The translations under genes were made by a program, and so were the position numbers. A stretch of 64,000 nucleotides of DNA from a virus, in IMG/VR virus record IMGVR_UViG_3300017917_003053, positions 1 through 64,000 of that record; one strand, 5' to 3'. The notes beneath the pieces are model-generated. The model saw nothing but the letters and a program-made list of their open reading frames with translations, was not told where the DNA came from and did no database searches. Of the stretch, positions 57,827-64,000 are shown piece by piece; the stretch's first letter is position 1, and each line of letters opens with the position of its first letter.

Positions 57827-60022
57827 ATGTCGGCACTTCAAGAACTTCAAAATTATACATTTGTTAGTAAATATGCTCGTTGGTTAGAAGATAAAAATCG
57901 CAGAGAAACATGGAAGGAAGCGGTTGATCGTGTGCGTAATATGATGCATACAAAATATGCTGATTTCGGAATTTCCGAAGAAATTGATTGGGCATACGAT
58001 ATAATGTATAAAAAGAAGGTGCTTGGTAGTCAGAGAGCATTACAATTTGGAGGTGAGCCGATTTTAAAACGTCATGCCAAAATTTACAACTGCACAAGTT
58101 CATACTGTGATAGACTTCGTTTCTTTCAAGAATGTTTTTGGTTACTATTGTGTGGTAGTGGCACAGGATTTAGTGTTCAAAAGCACCACGTTGCTAAATT
58201 GCCAACATTAGAACACGAAGTAGATGAAAACGCAGTTGGCGTTAAATATGTAATAGAAGATAGTATCGAAGGATGGGCTGATGCTCTAGGCGTTCTTCTT
58301 AGTAGCTATTTTAGTAAGCCTGTTGAAGAATTTAAAATGTATAAGAATAGTTATGTAGTATTTGACTATTCACAGATTCGTGCCAAAGGTACATCATTAA
58401 GTTCTGGCGTTGGTAAAGCCCCAGGGTTTGAACCACTACAAAATGGTCTAGAAAAAATAAGAGCACTATTAGATCGTTGCATCGCTAATGGACAAAAGAA
58501 ACTTCGTCCTATTGACGCTTACGATATTGTTATGCACAGTAGCGATGCTGTTCTTAGCGGCGGTGTCCGTAGAAGTGCTTCATTAGCATTATTCAGTCCA
58601 GACGATGAAGAAATGGCCAGAGCAAAAACTGGTAATTGGTACATTGAAAATCCACAAAGAGCAAGAAGCAATAACTCAGCCTTACTGCTAAAAGAAGAAA
58701 CCACTTTTGAAGAATTCCAAACACTAATGGAAAGTGTGAAAGAATTCGGAGAGCCAGGATTTATCTGGAGTGAATCTACAGAGATGATTTTTAATCCTTG
58801 CGTAGAAATAGGCATGTGGCCTGTTGACGAAGAAAGCGGAAAGAGTGGATGGCAAGGATGTAATCTTTCTACAATTAATTGTTCAAGTGTAGAAGATGAA
58901 GATGATTTCTTTGAAAGATGTCGTGCTGCTGCTATTATCGGTACATTACAGGCTGGTTTTACCAAGTTAGATTATTTAGGTGAAATTAGTCAAAAGATCT
59001 TTGAAAGAGAAGCCCTATTAGGAGTATCGTTAACTGGTACTATGGAAAAGCATGATCTAGTATTAACAGAAAAAGTACTTACCAAGGGTGCTAAAATTGC
59101 TGTTGAAACTAATAAAGAGATTGCCAAAAAGATCCAGATCAATCAGGCTGCTAGAGTGACTTGCTTAAAGCCAGAGGGTACTAGTAGTAGTATGCTTGGT
59201 ACAAGTTCGGGTATTCACCCGCATCACGCCAAACGATACATACGCCATGTACAGGCCAATGTTTTAGAAGCACCATACCAACACTTTAAGAAATATAACC
59301 CACAGGCTTGTGACAAGTCAGCATGGTCAGCCAACAATACTGATGAGATTATTAAGTTCCCAATAGAAGTACCAGACGGTGCTAAACTTAAGAATCAATT
59401 ACCAGCAGTAGAAATGTTGGCAGTAGTAAAAGAAACCCAAAAGAATTGGGTAAATTCTGGTAAAAATAGAGCATTATGTACTCAAGATTATCTTAGCCAT
59501 AATGTTAGCAATACTGTCACAGTTAAACCTGATGAATGGGATGATGTCACAAAGTATATCTATACTAATAGAAAATATTTTGCTGGTATTAGTCTTATTC
59601 CACAAAGCGGAGACAAAGACTATCCACAAGCACCATTCACCACAGTTTATACTAGTCGTGAAATTGTTAAGGAATACGGAGATGCCGCCTTGTGGTGCTC
59701 TGGATTAATTGAACTAGCATTAAATGCTTTTGATAATAATCTATGGGCTGCTTGTGACTATGTAACATTAAATCAAGCAAATAAAGAAGATCCAGAACCC
59801 AAATTAATATTTGTTACCAAAATGAAAAATTTTGCTGGTAAATATTTTGATGGGGATACCAAAAGGCTAACATACTGTATGAAGGATGTTCATAACTGGA
59901 AGTTATACTGTGATTTATTCGGTAGTTTCAAAAAGGTTGATTATACACAACTATCTGAGACTGAGGACAATACGGTTGGTATAGAGGAAATTAGTTGTGC
60001 TGGTGGCGCTTGTCTAATTTAA
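57827..60022 (+). CDS. nrdJ: class II (adenosylcobalamin-dependent) ribonucleotide reductase
   Basis: SKYAR, RETW.E.VDR, YNCT, GGVRRSA, NPCVEI, CNL, KPEGT, C-terminal CAGGAC. Confidence 0.93.
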   Translation: MSALQELQNYTFVSKYARWLEDKNRRETWKEAVDRVRNMMHTKYADFGISEEIDWAYDIMYKKKVLGSQRALQFGGEPILKRHAKIYNCTSSYCDRLRFFQECFWLLLCGSGTGFSVQKHHVAKLPTLEHEVDENAVGVKYVIEDSIEGWADALGVLLSSYFSKPVEEFKMYKNSYVVFDYSQIRAKGTSLSSGVGKAPGFEPLQNGLEKIRALLDRCIANGQKKLRPIDAYDIVMHSSDAVLSGGVRRSASLALFSPDDEEMARAKTGNWYIENPQRARSNNSALLLKEETTFEEFQTLMESVKEFGEPGFIWSESTEMIFNPCVEIGMWPVDEESGKSGWQGCNLSTINCSSVEDEDDFFERCRAAAIIGTLQAGFTKLDYLGEISQKIFEREALLGVSLTGTMEKHDLVLTEKVLTKGAKIAVETNKEIAKKIQINQAARVTCLKPEGTSSSMLGTSSGIHPHHAKRYIRHVQANVLEAPYQHFKKYNPQACDKSAWSANNTDEIIKFPIEVPDGAKLKNQLPAVEMLAVVKETQKNWVNSGKNRALCTQDYLSHNVSNTVTVKPDEWDDVTKYIYTNRKYFAGISLIPQSGDKDYPQAPFTTVYTSREIVKEYGDAALWCSGLIELALNAFDNNLWAACDYVTLNQANKEDPEPKLIFVTKMKNFAGKYFDGDTKRLTYCMKDVHNWKLYCDLFGSFKKVDYTQLSETEDNTVGIEEISCAGGACLI

Positions 60023-60044
60023 CTCTATAGTCAAAGGGTAACCA

Positions 60045-60782
60045 TTGAGAAAAAATACTAAAGGCAAAAAGAAAAAAGTTTTAGATGCTACTAATGATTT
60101 ACAACAGCCTCAAAATACGGGCCATGCTTATAGAAATAGACTGAAACCTCGTACAGACAATCAAAAAGAATACATTAGAACCATAGCAGAAAACACAATT
60201 ACTTTTTGTCAGGGTTTAGCTGGAAGCGGTAAAACACATATTGCTATAGGTATGGCTTTAGAATACCTTTTGGAAAACAAAGTTAAAAAAATTATTATCA
60301 CCAGACCTGTTTTAGAGGCTGGCGAAAAAATTGGATACTTGCCAGGAACAGCAGAAGAAAAACTTCATCCATATTTATTACCTATATTAGATGAAATTAA
60401 TCATTTTATTAGTCAGGCTCATTATGCTAGTCTAAAACTTGCAAATAAGATAGAAGTTGTTCCTTTAGGTTTAATGAGAGGACGAAATTTCCACAACTGT
60501 TTTATTGTTGCTGACGAATGTCAAAATGCTACATATGAACAATTGAAAATGCTCTTGACACGCACAGGTAATGATAGTAAAATGGTATTAACCGGAGATG
60601 CTGGCCAGAGCGATTTGCACAGACATATCAGGGGCGGTTTTACTGATATGATTGGTGCTCTTTCTAATGTGGAAGGCATAGGTATTTCCGAATTGGAGCA
60701 CAAAGATATTGTGAGAAATCCAATCATAGTTAAAATATTAAGTCGTTTAGATTCTTACGAAAATGCAGCCACAAAACAGTAA
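60045..60782 (+). CDS. phoH: PhoH-like ATPase
   Basis: GLAGSGKT, TRP, GYLPG, MRGR, DECQN, TGD..QSD, DIVRNP. Confidence 0.95.
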   Translation: MRKNTKGKKKKVLDATNDLQQPQNTGHAYRNRLKPRTDNQKEYIRTIAENTITFCQGLAGSGKTHIAIGMALEYLLENKVKKIIITRPVLEAGEKIGYLPGTAEEKLHPYLLPILDEINHFISQAHYASLKLANKIEVVPLGLMRGRNFHNCFIVADECQNATYEQLKMLLTRTGNDSKMVLTGDAGQSDLHRHIRGGFTDMIGALSNVEGIGISELEHKDIVRNPIIVKILSRLDSYENAATKQ

Positions 60783-61347
60783 ATGTCTAGTCTTAAATGC
60801 GGATTATACTCCATTAACCGTTATTGATTGGACAAAAGCTATTATATGGTCATTAAAATATAATGAAAATAAATCTGTAGGTATAGAGATCATTGATTTC
60901 TATAAACACGATTATATTTTAGGAGCCAACAATAAAAAATACCCTATACCAGCAGTAGCTAAAACAGCCAAATATTTTAGGATATCGAATTATAGAGTTA
61001 AATTCTCACGGAAAAACCTTTTCGTTAGAGATGATCACACATGTCAATATTGTGGAAAAATATATGATATCAAAGATTTAACATATGATCATGTAATTCC
61101 CAAATCTTTATGGTCTGATAGCCACGGAGCAACTCCAACAACTTGGACAAACATAGTGACATCATGCGTACATTGTAACAGAAAAAAGGGCAATAAGACC
61201 CCCAAACAAGCCAATATGCCATTAAAGAATCTTCCATGTGTACCACAGAAGCATTTCAAATACTTGCCAATCACCCATCACCTGCTTAAAATAAAAAGTA
61301 ACATACCGGATGAATGGTTAACTTACTTGCCAGAATCATATACATAA
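60763..61347 (+). CDS. HNH endonuclease
   Basis: LVLNADY.PL; RD...CQYCG..DHVIPK..W.NIV..C..CN..K. Confidence 0.92.
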   Translation: MQPQNSKCLVLNADYTPLTVIDWTKAIIWSLKYNENKSVGIEIIDFYKHDYILGANNKKYPIPAVAKTAKYFRISNYRVKFSRKNLFVRDDHTCQYCGKIYDIKDLTYDHVIPKSLWSDSHGATPTTWTNIVTSCVHCNRKKGNKTPKQANMPLKNLPCVPQKHFKYLPITHHLLKIKSNIPDEWLTYLPESYT

Positions 61348-61700
61348 TGCCTACTTATTCATACCAATGTGAAGATTGTCATAAGTCTTTTGAGTTATTT
61401 TTTTATATCAAAGACTATGTTGCAAATCCTGCTTGTATTAAATGTGGTTCATCTCAAACTAATAGAGAATATGTCAAGGATGTAGCTACACAAGCATCGT
61501 CAGTCAGAAAATCTGATAGTGAGTTAAAAACTCTAGGAGATTTAGCTAATAGAAATAGAGATAGATTGTCTGATGATCATAAGCAAGAATTATACAAAAA
61601 ACATAACGATTACAAAGAAGCCGAATCGGACAAACCCTTACCAAAGGGTATGAGCAGAATGAAGAAACGACAAGGGAAAATTAAATGGACAGAATCTTAA
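61347..61700 (+). CDS. FmdB-family zinc ribbon protein
   Basis: MPTYSYQCEDC...FE...CIKCGS. Confidence 0.85.
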   Translation: MPTYSYQCEDCHKSFELFFYIKDYVANPACIKCGSSQTNREYVKDVATQASSVRKSDSELKTLGDLANRNRDRLSDDHKQELYKKHNDYKEAESDKPLPKGMSRMKKRQGKIKWTES

Positions 61701-63207
61701 CAGACTCGATTGCTCAAGATCTAATTACTTCAGTTATTTCTATAGAAGATTTGATGACGTATTTTCAATTAAGAGAAAAGGTCATAGAAGCAGAAAAACT
61801 ATTAGCAGCAAAAGAGTATGAAGTAAACAAATCTCTATATGAGCCAAATAATGAGCAATATTCTGGCCCAGTGCCATATACTGTAAAGATTAATATCACT
61901 ACAGATATTTTACAAGCTCATAATGATAAATATAAGGAACCAAGACTAGTAGAAAAAATTAACAAAGATTATATTATTGATTTTATAACAGAAGATTATT
62001 CTAAATTAATAGATGAATTTTATGCTTCTATACAAAAAACATTAGAACAAGCGTGTGCCAAAATTTTCCAAAAGGAGGAAGTGAAAGATGGGAATATACA
62101 ATCCGAAGCCTGAAGAAGATCAGTCCAGAACAGTTTATGCGTATACGATACTAGGCAAACAACAATCGTTTGACCAGGATAATAATCCTCTAGTATCAGA
62201 AGAATCAAAAGATGCACTAGCCAAGAAGATCGAATATGCCGACAGAGCACGATATTTTATTAAGGTTGGTGCTCATGGTAAGATTTATAATCCAATTGGT
62301 ATATTTTCAGAAGGACGAGGAAACAACTTCTCTAAAAGAACAGGAAAGCCAGAATGGGATTTTACAGAAGTAAACCAAAAGATATTTGATATGTATTTAT
62401 CTTTTCTAAGAACAAAAAACGTAGCACATCTCAATATTGCAGAAAGAGAACTCCGATGAAATTAAATAAAACCCAATCTTATGCTATACAGTATCTATTA
62501 TCTCAAAATAAGACAGCAATAGATATTTCTACTGAACTTAAGATACCTTTAGCGAATGTAGAAAAGTTTATAGAAAAGAATAAGCCAGCGGCGGTAGAGA
62601 ATGCTGTTCCTACTACAACCTCTAAAGTAACAGCAAGCGATTTAATGATCAGGCATACTAGAGACAAAAAGACTAATAGTGTTGCTATTATGACCAAGGA
62701 GGCTTCGGAACTGTCCGACGCTGCCAGAGCAACCTATGTTAAGAAAACAGACTCAAATCATATTTACAAGCCTAGACCCTGATATAGATGCAAAAATATC
62801 TATCTAAGTATTCAAACGGCAAGAGTGTATCTGCTGCTCAATATATTACAGAGATAATATGCGAGCATCTGGCCCTCAAGGATAAAAAAGATTTACATTA
62901 TAAGTTTTGGCTGAATAAAGAATGGTCTAAATTTTATAGATCACAAATTTTTACTGCCAATAAGTTGCTTAAAACGTATCATCCTAAAGCGATTATCAAT
63001 GCTTTGAAAACAACGAAGGCTCAAAAAATTTATTCGTTGAGGGCACCACACCTACTTGCTATAATACAACAAGAACAAACCAAATTGGATCAACAGACTA
63101 CTGAGCAAACTCAAGACATCAAAAGAGTTTCCAACTCTAGTGGTGAAAAACACATCAAATCAAAGAACATATTAGATCTTATAAAGGAAATAGATAATGA
63201 GCACTAA
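61685..63207 (+). CDS. four hypothetical proteins (61685-62113, 62088-62459, 62456-62782 HTH-like, 62788-63207)
   Basis: ORF track; 62456 has TAIDISTELKIPLANVEK (HTH-like). Confidence 0.65.
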
Positions 63208-64000
63208 ATTAAAAGATAGCGTAACTAAAGATTTTGGAGCAAATATTATACTTAGTGCGGCGTCGGTTGTAGATAAAAAATCTATTATCATTCCGGTAAG
63301 TCCATCTTTAGATATGGTTCTTGGAGGAGGTATTCCAGAGGGAAGTTTTGTTGTTTTAACTGGCCAGCCAAAATGCGGAAAGACCACAACTAGTTTAGCA
63401 TTTGCAGCAACCGCACAAAGACCAGAATACGGATCAGACTCTTTTGCTGATGGCAGAAATGTGTACTACCTAAATATTGAAGGTAGATTGAAGAAGAGAG
63501 ACTTAGAAGGTATCCCAGGATTAAATCTAGAAAAATTCCAGGTTATTGGATCTCAAACAGGTAAAATCCTTCATGCGGAAGAATATTTGCAAATAGCAGA
63601 AAGAATTATTAATCAAGAGCCAGGAAGCGTACTTATCATAGACTCCTACTCTGCATTATGTACAGAAGCAGAGATTACAACTGATATGGATAAAATGCAA
63701 AGAGCAGATGGAGCTAAACTATTAGCTAAATTTTGTCGCAAGGTTGCTAACGTTATTCCTGTAAACAAAAATGTTGTCATAGGTATTACTCACCTTATGG
63801 GGAACCCCACAGGATACGGAGCAGAATTTAAGGAAAAGAGTGGACAGGCTATTGCTTATCAGACAGACATTAAACTAAGAGCAAAAACTTTCAAGCCTTG
63901 GCTATTAGGAACCGATAATACCCAGATCGGACAAGAAGTAGAATGGCAAGTTATATGTTCAGCATTGAGTCCTCCGGGTGGTGTTATTACATCCTACTTA
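63197..64000 (+). CDS. recA: RecA/UvsX recombinase (5' partial, runs off the window)
   Basis: Read directly: MSTKLKDSVTKDFG...SLDMVLGGGIPEG...GQPKCGKTT...IIDS.SAL; open to the end of the window. Confidence 0.9.
   Translation, partial: MSTKLKDSVTKDFGANIILSAASVVDKKSIIIPVSPSLDMVLGGGIPEGSFVVLTGQPKCGKTTTSLAFAATAQRPEYGSDSFADGRNVYYLNIEGRLKKRDLEGIPGLNLEKFQVIGSQTGKILHAEEYLQIAERIINQEPGSVLIIDSYSALCTEAEITTDMDKMQRADGAKLLAKFCRKVANVIPVNKNVVIGITHLMGNPTGYGAEFKEKSGQAIAYQTDIKLRAKTFKPWLLGTDNTQIGQEVEWQVICSALSPPGGVITSYL

Noticed and set aside
57827-61347. Intein or group I intron in nrdJ, phoH or thyX, or an intron-encoded HNH
   Set aside because: Protein lengths and motif spacing are normal and uninterrupted; the HNH gene is free-standing.
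1638-63387. All minus-strand ORFs in the track, and nested alternative-frame plus-strand ORFs
   Set aside because: They overlap well-supported plus-strand genes, lack SD sequences and motifs, and have shadow-ORF composition.
1-64000. Stop-codon reassignment (TAG or TGA recoding) as seen in some large phages
   Set aside because: Conserved genes are full length in code 11, and TAG, TGA and TAA all end genes at tight junctions (for example ligase TAG then ATG at 22523).
1-64000. CRISPR array or mini-array
   Set aside because: No regularly spaced direct repeats were seen; the recurring TTGACA..CCGATA words are dispersed promoters.
1-64000. Bacterial chromosome or prophage origin, given ruvB, recA, guaC, clpP and ssrA
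   Set aside because: Single-strand dense small ORFs, rIIA/rIIB, phage-type ligase and thyX, no integrase and no housekeeping operons indicate a large phage genome.

Overview
This 64 kb window is part of a large, AT-rich, tailed dsDNA bacteriophage genome. Essentially all real genes are on the + strand, tightly packed, and use the standard genetic code. About 1-28 kb is an early/middle region of many small hypothetical ORFs. It also holds thyX, a UvsE UV endonuclease, an ATP-dependent DNA ligase, an HhH-GPD glycosylase, a tmRNA and two atypical tRNAs (Ile-UAU, Leu-UAA). This region is driven by repeated sigma70-type promoters (TTGACA-16/17 bp-TATACT/TATAAT), many of which carry a (G)CCGATA box in the spacer. 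The 28-40 kb segment encodes rIIA, rIIB, a RepB-like primase, RuvB, an actin-fold ATPase next to a membrane-anchored ORF, a secreted trypsin-like protease, and macro, deoxyribosyltransferase-like and SET domain proteins. The 40-47 kb segment is a glycan-modification cluster plus GMP reductase. The 47-57 kb segment has a divergent bacterioferritin, a sigma factor, ClpP-like and DeoC-like proteins, and a membrane-protein/papain-like peptidase module. The 57-64 kb segment has dCMP deaminase, class II ribonucleotide reductase, PhoH, an HNH nuclease and the 5' part of recA. The best candidates for undescribed biology are the phage actin-like module, the CCGATA promoter regulon with a second GGTGTAT promoter class, a 56-nt tRNA-like element after rIIB, and a possible protease-based lysis module. 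All family calls come from motif recognition by eye; no database searches were run.
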